Shown one piece after another: positions 8,647 to 18,390 of a DNA stretch of 64,000 bases; position 1 is the first letter of the stretch, and the number at the start of each line of letters is the position of its first letter. The stretch covers positions 1-64,000 of IMG/VR virus record IMGVR_UViG_3300044266_000349; one strand, given 5' to 3'. The stretch is from a virus. Taxonomy: Duplodnaviria; Caudoviricetes. Under the pieces are notes generated by a model. It saw only the letters and a list, made by a program, of their open reading frames with translations. It did not search any database and had not been told where the DNA came from. The translations under genes and the position numbers were made by a program.

Positions 8647-9468
8647 ATGCCCCGTGGTGTCCCTAAGTCTGGTTTCCGTATGACCAAGAAGCGTATGGCC
8701 AAGGCCAATGATTTTGTTGCGCCTGTGGTTGTAGAGTCTCGCTTCTCTATCAATGAGCGCTTTGGCTTCGTTTCCGACATGGTTATGATGTTGGTTGCCG
8801 GTGAGCAGGCGTCCGTTGTGGTGACTGGTCCTGGCGGTCTAGGCAAGTCCTATACCGTCACCAAGACACTGGCCGCTGCCGGTTTCACGGATGTCTCCAG
8901 TCTCGAAGAATTCGCTGTTGGTGAGCGTATCCCTAAGTCCTTCACGGTCATCAAGGGTTACTCTACACCCAAAGGCCTGTATCGTACCTTGTATGAGAAT
9001 CGTAACGGCGTGATTGTGTTTGATGATTGTGATTCCGTGCTGCGTGATCCTGTTGCACTCAATCTGCTCAAAGGTGCGTTAGATTCATATGAGCGCCGTA
9101 TTATCTCTTGGCGTGCTGATATTCGTGATGAAGATTTGCCTACCGCTTTTGAGTTCAAAGGTCGTGTGGTGTTTATCTCCAATTTGTCTACGGCTCAAAT
9201 TGACCAAGCCATTATCTCACGTTCAATGGCTGTTGATTTGTCTATGACCACTCAGCAGAAGGTTGACCGTATGCGGTTCCTTTTGTCTTCTGGTGATTTT
9301 ATGCCTGAGCATACCATGTTGCACAAGTCGGAAGCTCTTAATCTTATTGAGTCTCTACAAGATAAGGTCAAAGAGCTGTCGCTGCGTACACTCATTCAGG
9401 TTACCAAAATTCGCAAAGGTGGCGGTACCAACTGGCGCAATCTTGCCGAATACGTGATGTGTGGTTGA
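8647..9468 (+). CDS. P-loop NTPase (AAA-like)
   Basis: Walker A GPGGLGKS, Walker B VIVFDD; CAGGAG SD. Confidence 0.85.
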   Translation: MPRGVPKSGFRMTKKRMAKANDFVAPVVVESRFSINERFGFVSDMVMMLVAGEQASVVVTGPGGLGKSYTVTKTLAAAGFTDVSSLEEFAVGERIPKSFTVIKGYSTPKGLYRTLYENRNGVIVFDDCDSVLRDPVALNLLKGALDSYERRIISWRADIRDEDLPTAFEFKGRVVFISNLSTAQIDQAIISRSMAVDLSMTTQQKVDRMRFLLSSGDFMPEHTMLHKSEALNLIESLQDKVKELSLRTLIQVTKIRKGGGTNWRNLAEYVMCG

Positions 9469-9497
9469 GAGGTTGATTTTTTTATATAATGGAGGTT

Positions 9498-9956
9498 ATG
9501 ATGAGTGATATTAAAGCTGTTCCTGGTTTTCCTGATTATTTGATTTCAAAATCTGGTGAAATCTTTTCAACTAAGAGGGGCAGTTATAGACAACTAAAGC
9601 CATGTGTGACAAATGGTTTTTATCAAGTATCTTTGTTAAACAAAAAATCTAGGCGTACCTTTCAATTACATCGATTGGTTGCTATGATGTTTGTGGATAA
9701 TCCTGACAATTTTAATACTGTTAATCATTTGGACGGCAATAAGTTGAATAATGATGTTGCAAATTTGCGGTGGTCGAATCGCCGTTTGAATGAAGAGTCT
9801 TTCTCAAAAACTACTTTGTTTGATCACATTTTTAATAAAAAAGAAAAGGATCTACAAAGTCGTTTGACAATTTTGGAACGTGTGCATAGTGTTTGTGAAA
9901 AAGAACCAGATTTGTTTTATGCAATATATAAAACTGTGATGACAGGAGTTAATTGA
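9498..9956 (+). CDS. NUMOD4-HNH homing endonuclease
   Basis: VPGFPDYLISKSGEIFS (NUMOD4) plus LHRLVA...VNHLDGNKLNNDVANLRW (HNH). Confidence 0.85.
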   Translation: MMSDIKAVPGFPDYLISKSGEIFSTKRGSYRQLKPCVTNGFYQVSLLNKKSRRTFQLHRLVAMMFVDNPDNFNTVNHLDGNKLNNDVANLRWSNRRLNEESFSKTTLFDHIFNKKEKDLQSRLTILERVHSVCEKEPDLFYAIYKTVMTGVN

Positions 9957-11107
9957 TGTTGAATAGAAACGCAAAGGCATTTATTGCCGCCGCTGAAGAA
10001 GCTTATGGTGTTGGTGCGGTACTGACCCGTGATACCATTGCTTCAATCGTTGAAGAGAAAGACGTACCATATCCTCATTGGTTGGTGACCAAATCACAAT
10101 ACCGTTTTGATCGTGGTCGTTATAAGTTGCCAGATATTGGCAATAAACCCAAACAGAAAGAAGAACCTGTGCAAGGACCAGAATATGCCATGGCCATGGC
10201 GGCACAAGTGATTGCTCTGCGTCAACCAAAATTGATTGATGAGAGTGATAGCTCTGTACCTCCTAAATTCCCTGATTATGTTCCTTTTGGATTCTACAAT
10301 GACCTCATGAATATTGTGAAGTCAAAAGAATTCTATCCTGTTTTTATTACTGGTCTATCTGGTAATGGTAAGACCTTGATGGTTGAACAGGTTTGTGCCG
10401 TGATGAATCGTGAGTGTATTCGTGTCAATATCTCTATTGAAACGGATGAATCTGACCTGCTTGGTGGTCCTACTCTGGTGAATGGTAACGTGGTCAACCG
10501 TGATGGTCCTGTGATTACTGCAATGAAACGTGGTGCCATTCTGTTGATTGATGAGGTCGACCGTGGTTCTAATAAGTTGATGTGTATTCAAGGTATTCTT
10601 GAAGGCAAACCATACTACAATAAGAAGAATGGTGAGGTCGTTTATCCTGCATCCGGCTTTAATGTGATTGCAACGGCAAACACCAAAGGCCAAGGCAGTG
10701 ATGAAGGCCGATATCTTGCACAGATTCTGGACTCTGCATTCTTGGAACGTTTTGCAATTACAGTTGAACAAGAATTTCCTGATGTTAAAACGGAAAAGAA
10801 GATTCTTGCACCGTTGATCCATGATAAGGAGTTCATTGACAATCTGGTACAATGGGCTGATGTGGTTCGCCAATCGTTTGAGCAAGGTGCAGTTGATGAG
10901 ATTATCTCCACTCGCCGTCTGGTGCATATTGCAAAGGCATACAAGATTTTTGGTGATCGTATGAAGGCAATTGAATTGTGTGTGGCACGTTTTGATTCTG
11001 AGACCAAAACTGCATTCATGGACCTTTATAGTAAGGTTGATTCTAAAGTTTCTGAACAAGAAATTGTAGAACCAGCTGCACCAAAAGATCAAGAAATTCC
11101 ATTCTAA
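9953..11107 (+). CDS. cobS: MoxR/CbbQ/CobS-type AAA+ ATPase
   Basis: GLSGNGKT, DESDLLGG, ILLIDEVDR, ATANTKGQG, AFLERF; the type usually annotated CobS in T4-like phages. Confidence 0.85.
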   Translation: MMLNRNAKAFIAAAEEAYGVGAVLTRDTIASIVEEKDVPYPHWLVTKSQYRFDRGRYKLPDIGNKPKQKEEPVQGPEYAMAMAAQVIALRQPKLIDESDSSVPPKFPDYVPFGFYNDLMNIVKSKEFYPVFITGLSGNGKTLMVEQVCAVMNRECIRVNISIETDESDLLGGPTLVNGNVVNRDGPVITAMKRGAILLIDEVDRGSNKLMCIQGILEGKPYYNKKNGEVVYPASGFNVIATANTKGQGSDEGRYLAQILDSAFLERFAITVEQEFPDVKTEKKILAPLIHDKEFIDNLVQWADVVRQSFEQGAVDEIISTRRLVHIAKAYKIFGDRMKAIELCVARFDSETKTAFMDLYSKVDSKVSEQEIVEPAAPKDQEIPF

Positions 11108-11129
11108 ATGGTAATAATACAGAAAATGG

Positions 11130-11158
11130 TTGCCAACATTCCATTTCTGTGTTACAAT
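11130..11158 (+). promoter_or_regulatory. early sigma70-type promoter
   Basis: TTGCCA, 17 bp, TACAAT with TGTGT. Confidence 0.75.
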
Positions 11159-11201
11159 GACTATGTTGGATTTTATTATATGTTTTTGAAAGGAGTCTTA
11201 A

Positions 11202-11579
11202 ATGGCTAATACTGTTCGTAAAGGTAAAGTGAATCGTCACGAGAAGATTACTCAAGTTCTACTCTCTGGTAAACCCGTTTCACCTGGTGAAATTCTTGCA
11301 GTGTTCAAGGGCACTGACCAAGAAGCCGTGTTGTATCGCTTGAGTACCAACATCTATAACATCCGTAAAGATGGTGGTGTTGTTAAGGTGATTAAGAATG
11401 GTCGTAAGGTTGAAGCATATCAACTGTTGAATGCTGATGAGTTTGATGCTAATGGCCGTTATGTTGGTAAGAATTCGGTGACTACCACCGCCTCTGCCGT
11501 TGCGCCTGTGAAGCCTGTTGCACCAGTTCAACCTGTTCAACCAGTTAAGCAGACTGCCACTCAAACTGTGTCCGCTTAA
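11202..11579 (+). CDS. hypothetical protein (possible winged-helix) with PV/PA-repeat tail
   Basis: AAGGAG SD; basic N-domain; APVKPVAPVQPVQPVK tail. Confidence 0.7.
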   Translation: MANTVRKGKVNRHEKITQVLLSGKPVSPGEILAVFKGTDQEAVLYRLSTNIYNIRKDGGVVKVIKNGRKVEAYQLLNADEFDANGRYVGKNSVTTTASAVAPVKPVAPVQPVQPVKQTATQTVSA

Positions 11580-11591
11580 AAGGAGAAACGC

Positions 11592-11873
11592 ATGGCCACC
11601 ATTATCAAATCGGAATGGCATCAAGTTGAAACCCGTCAAATTTTGGAGTTGGATGTAGATATTCTATCTCAAATTTATCCTGACAATTCAACAGAAGAGA
11701 TTGAAGAGCTCTTGTCTAGAATTGAAAACGGTGAAATTGATATTGAGATTGTGTTACAAGAAGCCGACTTTGAAGGTGTAGACCTTGATTGGGAACCAAC
11801 TGATTATGAAGATTGGTGGTCATTACGTAAAGGTGGATATGAAGTCACTTATGAAGTTGAAGGAGTAGAATGA
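11592..11873 (+). CDS. acidic hypothetical protein
   Basis: AAGGAG SD. Confidence 0.75.
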   Translation: MATIIKSEWHQVETRQILELDVDILSQIYPDNSTEEIEELLSRIENGEIDIEIVLQEADFEGVDLDWEPTDYEDWWSLRKGGYEVTYEVEGVE

Positions 11874-12313
11874 TGGCACAATGGAAAGTAGAACCTGTAT
11901 TCAAGAAATCGGTTATTGAACGCAACTTCATCAGCAATGATGATACTACCATTGTGGTAGAAACTGGTTGGCGTTGGGGTGAGTTTCTTGTAACCACTGA
12001 AGATGACAATCCTCCTAAACTTGAGGCTGGTGTGGATATCTTCAACTGTGAATATGAAACAGAGTTGATTGAAACATGGGATGGTTGTTGGGAAGATGTT
12101 GATCTTGACGCCTGTGATGATGAAACCCGTGAATGGCTAGAAGAATTCTTTGAAGAGAATAATTGGCTTGACCTTGAAGAGCATGGTTGGTATGGCAGTG
12201 AAACTACCATGACCATTGACTGTGACCTCAAGATGACCAAGTTGAATGAGGATGGCACTGATAGTGATGTGGTCGTATACAGTGGAGAAAATCCTAATAG
12301 TGGAAGTGATTGA
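11870..12313 (+). CDS. acidic hypothetical protein
   Basis: AAGGAG SD; D/E/W-rich. Confidence 0.75.
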   Translation: MMAQWKVEPVFKKSVIERNFISNDDTTIVVETGWRWGEFLVTTEDDNPPKLEAGVDIFNCEYETELIETWDGCWEDVDLDACDDETREWLEEFFEENNWLDLEEHGWYGSETTMTIDCDLKMTKLNEDGTDSDVVVYSGENPNSGSD

Positions 12314-12330
12314 TAAAAGAAAGATAATCA

Positions 12331-13146
12331 ATGAAAGTCGCAGTATGCTCAGACCTGCATTTGGAATTTGGACCGATTTCTCTGGAAAATACCGAGAATG
12401 CGGATGTCCTCATTTTGTCAGGAGATATTCTTGTTGAAGCATCTTTACGATTCATTGATGATCCAATGCCTACGCAAATGGCAATTTCTAATAAGTATCA
12501 TACCTTCATGCAAGAATGTTCTGAGCGATTCCCTCATGTTATTTACATCGCCGGGAACCATGAACATTACCATGGTGATTTTGGCCACACTATTCGAAAT
12601 CTTCGTGACAAGTTTGCTTATCTGGATAATGTTCACATTCTAGATAAGACTACTTTCAAACTGAATGAATATGTGTTTGTTGGTGGTACTTTGTGGACCG
12701 ATATGAACAACGAGGATCCAATTACTCTTCATGCTATGAAAAGTATGATGAATGATTTTCGTTTGGTGATGAACAACAAACATAATCAGCCAGTTAAGTT
12801 CTTACCAGAAGATGCAGTAGAAGACCACAGAATGATGATGGATTTTATTCGTGTTTGTATTGAATGCCTGCCCACACACAAGTTTGTGGTGGTTGGTCAC
12901 CATGCGCCGAGTAGGCTTTCTACTCATCCACGATATAAAGATGAACAAGTCATGAATGGTGGTTATTCTTCTGAATTGTCTGAGTTTATTCTTGACCATC
13001 CACAAATTAAACTGTGGACTCATGGGCATACTCATGAGCCATTTGATTACATGATTGGTGATACTCGGATTGTGTGTAACCCACGTGGTTATATCAACTA
13101 TGAAGGGTGTGCTGATAATTTTAAGCTGCAATTCATCGAGGTGTGA
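12331..13146 (+). CDS. calcineurin-like metallophosphoesterase
   Basis: SDLH, GD, GNHE, GHH, HGHTH motifs. Confidence 0.92.
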   Translation: MKVAVCSDLHLEFGPISLENTENADVLILSGDILVEASLRFIDDPMPTQMAISNKYHTFMQECSERFPHVIYIAGNHEHYHGDFGHTIRNLRDKFAYLDNVHILDKTTFKLNEYVFVGGTLWTDMNNEDPITLHAMKSMMNDFRLVMNNKHNQPVKFLPEDAVEDHRMMMDFIRVCIECLPTHKFVVVGHHAPSRLSTHPRYKDEQVMNGGYSSELSEFILDHPQIKLWTHGHTHEPFDYMIGDTRIVCNPRGYINYEGCADNFKLQFIEV

Positions 13147-13147
13147 T

Positions 13148-13579
13148 ATGAGTGATACTGATTTTCAAATCAAAAAAGAAGAAATGAAACGTGCATATGA
13201 TGAAAAAATGGCAAGAAATTGGATTCGCATTACAGATTTAATGCTTAAAGAAATGTTGGATGAAGAAGGTTATCCAACTGAAGCAGCACTTGAAATCATT
13301 GAGTTGTGGCCATTTGAACGTACATTAGGTTGGTTTGATTTTATAAAAGATTTGTGGGCCTATACCGATTGGGGTTGGCGTGAAAACGAAGAACCTCATG
13401 AATATCGTAAAAATACAATGGTACGCCGGTTTAAAATTTCAACTGCTGGTTGGTCTGGTAATGAATTATTGATTCGCCATATGGAGAAGAATGTTGCAGT
13501 ATGGCATACTACCTGGGTGCAATCACGCCGTGGTGGGCACTATATTTTTGAATGTGTAATTGGAGATGAAAATGTCTAA
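13148..13579 (+). CDS. conserved phage hypothetical protein
   Basis: STAGWSGNE...W.QSRRGGHY. Confidence 0.7.
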   Translation: MSDTDFQIKKEEMKRAYDEKMARNWIRITDLMLKEMLDEEGYPTEAALEIIELWPFERTLGWFDFIKDLWAYTDWGWRENEEPHEYRKNTMVRRFKISTAGWSGNELLIRHMEKNVAVWHTTWVQSRRGGHYIFECVIGDENV

Positions 13580-13859
13580 AATGTACTTGGTTGAAACCGT
13601 TTCTATTTTTCGTCATCGTTATGTCGTAGAGGCCAAAGAAAAACAGCATGCTCTTGATGAGGTCGTTTGTTCTATTGGTGGTGTGGTAGATGATTGGCAA
13701 GAGTTTTCGCAACAACATGTAGATGAATGCATTACTTCTTCACGTGAGATTGATCGTGAAGAATATCTACGTTTGTTTGCTGAAGACAATGCTTATCTTT
13801 CTTCGTGGGAAGAAGAGATGAAATTTAAGTTTGTTAACAAGATTGTTTATGAGGGCTGA
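13572..13859 (+). CDS. hypothetical protein
   Basis: GGAG SD. Confidence 0.7.
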   Translation: MSKMYLVETVSIFRHRYVVEAKEKQHALDEVVCSIGGVVDDWQEFSQQHVDECITSSREIDREEYLRLFAEDNAYLSSWEEEMKFKFVNKIVYEG

Positions 13860-13861
13860 AG

Positions 13862-14533
13862 ATGAAAGTCTATATTAGTTCTTACCGTTATCATTGGCTT
13901 TCTCCATATACTATCTTGGAGAAGGTCTTGTTTTGGAAAGATTGGGAAAAAATTGAGTATGAAGAGCCATGGGTAGAGAAATGGGCTAACCGTATTCTGC
14001 CATTCTCCACTGCATTGCAAAAGGCTTTGGATTTCATCCACCCAAAGGTTAATTATGTGAAGATTGATTATTGGGACACCTGGTCAATGGATCGTACTTT
14101 GTCTTATATCATTCTGCCTATGCTGAAACAGCTGAAAGCAACAAAGCATGGTGCACCACTTGTGGATGATATTGATGTGCCTGATGAATTGAAATCAACC
14201 AATGCGCCACCTAAAGAAAATGAGTATGATGTGGATGCGTATCACTTTGATCGTTGGGACTATGTACTCAATGAAATGATTTTTGCTTTTGAAAACAAAG
14301 TGGACGATTCATGGGAAGAAAAATATCATACCGGTAAAATTGATTACAAGTTTGTTAAAAGTGAAAAAACATTCTTTAATCCGGTGACAAAACAAGATGA
14401 AAGTGTGTATGAATCGGTCAAAGGGCCAAATGACACTTATCATTATGATTCCGATGGTGCAAAGAAAGAGCATGATCGTATGGCAAATGGTTTCCGACTA
14501 TTCGGAAAATATTATGAAGGTTTGTGGGACTAA
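13862..14533 (+). CDS. conserved T4-like phage hypothetical protein
   Basis: long ORF; DTWSMDRTLS.II.PML.QLK..KHGAP. Confidence 0.8.
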   Translation: MKVYISSYRYHWLSPYTILEKVLFWKDWEKIEYEEPWVEKWANRILPFSTALQKALDFIHPKVNYVKIDYWDTWSMDRTLSYIILPMLKQLKATKHGAPLVDDIDVPDELKSTNAPPKENEYDVDAYHFDRWDYVLNEMIFAFENKVDDSWEEKYHTGKIDYKFVKSEKTFFNPVTKQDESVYESVKGPNDTYHYDSDGAKKEHDRMANGFRLFGKYYEGLWD

Positions 14534-14542
14534 AAGGAGAAA

Positions 14543-14884
14543 ATGATGTATCAACCAAATGAAGAAGTTATTTTGCGGCGTGCTCAACCTCAAATTAGAG
14601 TGGAAGCAGAACCGCCAGAGGTAAGAAATGATAATACTCTTGGATTGTATTTGTCGAAACTCAATCAGCAAATTGAATCCCTTGAAGTTTATTTGTCTAA
14701 ACTTGAAGATAAGTTGTCATTTGTTTGTGTGCAGGATTTGGCGATGAAGTCTGTGGACAAAACTTTTTTTTCAAATCCTACTCGGCCACAATCACCTGCT
14801 TTGGAGTTAATTGAAAATATGCAATATAAGATGGATTCGTTGCAAAGCCAAGTGGTGATTATGATTGATAAAGTTCAGGTATGA
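14543..14884 (+). CDS. coiled-coil hypothetical protein
   Basis: AAGGAG SD. Confidence 0.7.
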   Translation: MMYQPNEEVILRRAQPQIRVEAEPPEVRNDNTLGLYLSKLNQQIESLEVYLSKLEDKLSFVCVQDLAMKSVDKTFFSNPTRPQSPALELIENMQYKMDSLQSQVVIMIDKVQV

Positions 14885-15114
14885 TTTCAATCGTACACCA
14901 TATCTCCGCTAAACGTAGGTTGACAGAGGCACAAAAGACCATTATAATGTTGGGTGGCGAAAATGAAGCACCTAACCAAATATTGGCCCAGCGTGATATG
15001 ATTATGCGAGAGGTTAAATATTATGAAGAACGTGCAAGCGTCATGGTCATATTTTTGATTGCGCTTGTAGTTCTAGGCAGCGTTTGTTATGGCATGTATT
15101 CACGTTTAACTTAG
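14881..15114 (+). CDS. membrane-anchored hypothetical protein
   Basis: C-terminal hydrophobic helix. Confidence 0.65.
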   Translation: MISIVHHISAKRRLTEAQKTIIMLGGENEAPNQILAQRDMIMREVKYYEERASVMVIFLIALVVLGSVCYGMYSRLT

Positions 15115-15124
15115 GAGTATTCTG

Positions 15125-15388
15125 ATGAACAAACTATTTTTGTGGTTCGGTAAAAATACAGTCAACTTTTTAATGGGTGTTGCAATCGTATTCAGCCTTG
15201 TAGCAGGCTGGTTCGTTGCGGATAAGTATAAAGATCATATGCCAAAGTTCCCTTTAGAGGTTGCTGAATTCAAAGGTGGGATTCAGAATCACTTAGTGTG
15301 GTCCATGAAAGGTGAGTGTTATTTTGTACGTGCAGTGACGGAACAAACTGTGTTACTGGTACGTGTGGAAGACTGCGATAAAAAATAA
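15125..15388 (+). CDS. membrane-anchored hypothetical protein
   Basis: AGGAG SD; N-terminal TM helix. Confidence 0.7.
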   Translation: MNKLFLWFGKNTVNFLMGVAIVFSLVAGWFVADKYKDHMPKFPLEVAEFKGGIQNHLVWSMKGECYFVRAVTEQTVLLVRVEDCDKK

Positions 15389-15402
15389 AGAAAGGAAATA
15401 TT

Positions 15403-15705
15403 ATGTCTTTGTTCGTTGAAGTGAATTCTGCTGAGAAGAATTGCCCTGTGATTGTTAATCTGGATGCAGTTGTTGAAATTGCACCATTGGTTACTGGTGG
15501 CTGTGTTATCTTCTTTGCAGACTCAGCCGGTATGAATTCACGTACTGGCATGAAAGTATCTAATGAATATAGTGAGTTTAAGCAATTCGTTATGCAGACC
15601 GTTTCTGCTGATGACATTGCAAAACGATTCCCTAAAGTTCAGAGCGAAACACCAAAAGAAGAAAAGCCTGTAAAGATGGAGAAGTTCAAGATTCCTAAAC
15701 TATGA
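15403..15705 (+). CDS. hypothetical protein
   Basis: AAAGGA SD. Confidence 0.75.
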   Translation: MSLFVEVNSAEKNCPVIVNLDAVVEIAPLVTGGCVIFFADSAGMNSRTGMKVSNEYSEFKQFVMQTVSADDIAKRFPKVQSETPKEEKPVKMEKFKIPKL

Positions 15706-15989
15706 ACGATATCTTAGGAGATATATTCTCATGGATTAAAGATGATTGGGTATCAAACCGTCTACGTTTTGTTGTTGAGCTTCTTGCTTGGGCATTTTCT
15801 ATTGGATGCTCTATTACCATGGCGCTCACGGTACCCAATCCTCCACTCCTTGCTTTATATCCTGTGTGGATCAGCGGTTGTGCTATGTATGCTTGGGCTG
15901 CTTGGAGTCGTAAATCTTTTGGCATGTTGGCTAACTATATTCTGCTCACCACCATTGATAGTGTTGGCTTGATAAGGATGATTGTATGA
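15702..15989 (+). CDS. small multi-pass membrane protein
   Basis: three hydrophobic segments. Confidence 0.7.
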   Translation: MNDILGDIFSWIKDDWVSNRLRFVVELLAWAFSIGCSITMALTVPNPPLLALYPVWISGCAMYAWAAWSRKSFGMLANYILLTTIDSVGLIRMIV

Positions 15990-16318
15990 GTTTTCATTTT
16001 GGCTCTTTGAAATCTGTTTATAATATCTTTAATGTGGATCAGCCTGTCTTTTCTACGCATATGACAAACGTAACGGCACCTATCGGTGCAGTTGGTAGTT
16101 CTAATCCATCTGGCGCAATTAAATCCGATCCGAAAGTAAAGGTGAATATGGCTGTGCCTTTGTCTTATGAGTTTAGAGTGGCTGAACACGTAGATGGCAA
16201 AGGCAATATTGTCAAAGTTGGATTACAATTAAAAGTGACAGAACATGATCCATGCACAGGGTATGCCGTATGCCTTTATGATTGGCAAGATGTTGAACGA
16301 GTGAGGATTCCAGTATGA
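15986..16318 (+). CDS. hypothetical protein
   Basis: ATGA overlaps on both sides. Confidence 0.65.
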   Translation: MSFHFGSLKSVYNIFNVDQPVFSTHMTNVTAPIGAVGSSNPSGAIKSDPKVKVNMAVPLSYEFRVAEHVDGKGNIVKVGLQLKVTEHDPCTGYAVCLYDWQDVERVRIPV

Positions 16319-16776
16319 ACCGCAATCAAGCTATTGATATTCTTGGCCGCACCGGCGAAAAAATTATTGCCAACCTGTTGGCACGGGAAGGCCTTATTGT
16401 CCAGGAATCCATCAACCACTTCGATTCGGAGAAAGATTTCCTGGTCGATGGAAAAAAGGTTGAGGTGAAGACGGAACAACCCTACGTACTTAAAAATGCA
16501 TTTACCTTCCGGGAAAACCAACTGAGGAAATGTAGGAATGTGGATGTGTTGTATTTTGTCTCCATTCCACCATTATTTGATAGAAATTACCGTTGGGGTG
16601 GCTGGATTTTTCGTGCCAATCCACAAGAATTCAAGTATAATCCATATACTACGAAAAGTGGTCTACGAATGATTGCTGTGCCTATTGACCAAGAATCCAT
16701 GGTGCCAATTTGTCGTATGAATGATTCTGAAATTAATGAACTAATGAAATATGCCGAATCAGCTTATGCACGATAA
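16315..16776 (+). CDS. PD-(D/E)XK-family nuclease
   Basis: G..GE (motif I)...KDFLVDGKKVEVKT (D...EVK). Confidence 0.6.
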   Translation: MNRNQAIDILGRTGEKIIANLLAREGLIVQESINHFDSEKDFLVDGKKVEVKTEQPYVLKNAFTFRENQLRKCRNVDVLYFVSIPPLFDRNYRWGGWIFRANPQEFKYNPYTTKSGLRMIAVPIDQESMVPICRMNDSEINELMKYAESAYAR

Positions 16777-16784
16777 GGAATACT

Positions 16785-17360
16785 GTGAATATCTTCTATC
16801 TTGATCCTGATCCAAAAGTTTGTGCTCAGATGCACAATAACAAGCACGTTGTTAAGATGATTATTGAGTATGCACAACTCATGTCTACTGCACACCGTGT
16901 AATTGACGGCACAGAATATACCGACCTAACTGCAAATGGTCGGCGCATCAAACGTTGGCGCCTCGATGATGAACGTGAACAATCTCTCATGAAGGCTTCA
17001 CATATCAATCACCCATCGGCTATCTGGTGTCGTGAGAATCTGGCCAACTATCGTTGGCTGTTCCGTATGTGGTCAGATTTACTTGATGAGTATACGTATC
17101 GTTATGGTAAAGTTCATGCGTGTGCAAGACTCAAAGATGTTTTGCGTTTCCCACCAAACAAAATCAAAGTTGATGAATTCTTTGCACCAACACCCGCAAT
17201 GCCATCTGAATTGAAAGTGATGGCTGAGGATCCTCTGCCTGGTCGCAAATATGATTCATTGAAATCATATCACAATTATTACAATGTTGCTAAACGTGGT
17301 TTTGCTTCCTGGAACGGCAAAATCAATTCACGTCCTACTCCAAGCTGGTATTCTGTGTGA
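16785..17360 (+). CDS. pyrimidine-dimer DNA glycosylase-like (DenV/Pyr_excise family) protein
   Basis: MNIFYLD.DP...AQ.H..KHVVKM..EYAQL.STAH...SHINHPSAIWCR. Confidence 0.8.
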   Translation: MNIFYLDPDPKVCAQMHNNKHVVKMIIEYAQLMSTAHRVIDGTEYTDLTANGRRIKRWRLDDEREQSLMKASHINHPSAIWCRENLANYRWLFRMWSDLLDEYTYRYGKVHACARLKDVLRFPPNKIKVDEFFAPTPAMPSELKVMAEDPLPGRKYDSLKSYHNYYNVAKRGFASWNGKINSRPTPSWYSV

Positions 17361-17572
17361 AGTATTATTCAATATCATTTCCTGGTGAGTATGGCCAGGA
17401 TGTAGTTGAAACTTGGTCTGAAGACCAGATCATAGAATCATATTACAAATATTGGTCAGGTAAGATGATTCAAAATGTACCTAACTGTGATTTGTGTAGA
17501 GAAAGATGTATTGATGATTGGTGTGTCGTACATTGGGCAATTGAAGTTCCTAAACCTGGTTATATGGAGTGA
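17357..17572 (+). CDS. hypothetical protein
   Basis: GTG start overlapping the previous stop. Confidence 0.65.
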   Translation: MKYYSISFPGEYGQDVVETWSEDQIIESYYKYWSGKMIQNVPNCDLCRERCIDDWCVVHWAIEVPKPGYME

Positions 17573-17799
17573 TTATGAGTTTGGATGGAAAAGAAAAAGT
17601 GCTTTTTGTTTTTGGTGCCATTTTTCTTTCTGTGGCATTTAGTTTTCTATTGAGTCTGCCTGTAATGTGGTTGTGGGATATTGTGATGCCTGCACTATTT
17701 AAATTGCCAGAAATTACATGGTTTCAATCTTGGTGTCTGAGTCTGCTTTGCAATTTACTCTTCAAGTCAGAACTTTCATTTAAGAACAAAGAAGAATAA
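17569..17799 (+). CDS. membrane protein
   Basis: two hydrophobic segments. Confidence 0.65.
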   Translation: MIMSLDGKEKVLFVFGAIFLSVAFSFLLSLPVMWLWDIVMPALFKLPEITWFQSWCLSLLCNLLFKSELSFKNKEE

Positions 17800-17836
17800 T
17801 TTAACTATATATGGTTGTAATTAACTTGGAGGAAAA

Positions 17837-18118
17837 GTGCCGACATATACTTTCTTGAATAAAGATACAGGTGAAGTAGAAGAACATTCTATGTCTTATA
17901 CAAAGTTGGATGAGTTCAAAGAATTGAATCCCAACCTTGAGAGACATTTTTCTGTTGATACTTTGCCTAGTTTTGGTGACTCCATGCGTATGTCCGTACC
18001 AGGATATGGCCAGGGTGTTGCCGCTTTTGAACATGGTGTAATTGATAGAATTAAACAGTCCGTGCCAGGAAATAATCTACACAAGACGCACAAAACAAAA
18101 GCGCCGAGGGAATGGTAA
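17837..18118 (+). CDS. FmdB-like small T4-type conserved protein
   Basis: GGAGG SD; MPTYTF.N..TGE...N-terminus. Confidence 0.7.
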   Translation: MPTYTFLNKDTGEVEEHSMSYTKLDEFKELNPNLERHFSVDTLPSFGDSMRMSVPGYGQGVAAFEHGVIDRIKQSVPGNNLHKTHKTKAPREW

Positions 18119-18390
18119 TGGCACAAATTCCAGCATTATTTTTGCCACCAAGGGGGAAGAATGGTAAGAAAACCTCCATGAAAAAGAACACTTCTAATGT
18201 ATCAATTGGTAACAATGGAGGTGTTCATGAGCGAAAAGAAAAGAAAAACAAAAGCACAGCGTATCTATTCCTTCCTTTCAAGCAAGAAAAGGGTACAGCA
18301 GGACCTGATAGAACAATATAAATATGAGAGGGAACAGGAGTTATTAAGTTTATTCCTGTCACACTATAGAGACACCACAAAATATTAGTT

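Noticed and set aside
10355-11092. 245-aa minus-strand ORF
   Set aside because: Antisense shadow of the ATPase gene; no recognisable motifs
9953-11107. Cobalamin-biosynthesis auxiliary metabolic gene
   Set aside because: Phage 'CobS' is a generic MoxR-type AAA+ ATPase; no cobN or other cob genes present
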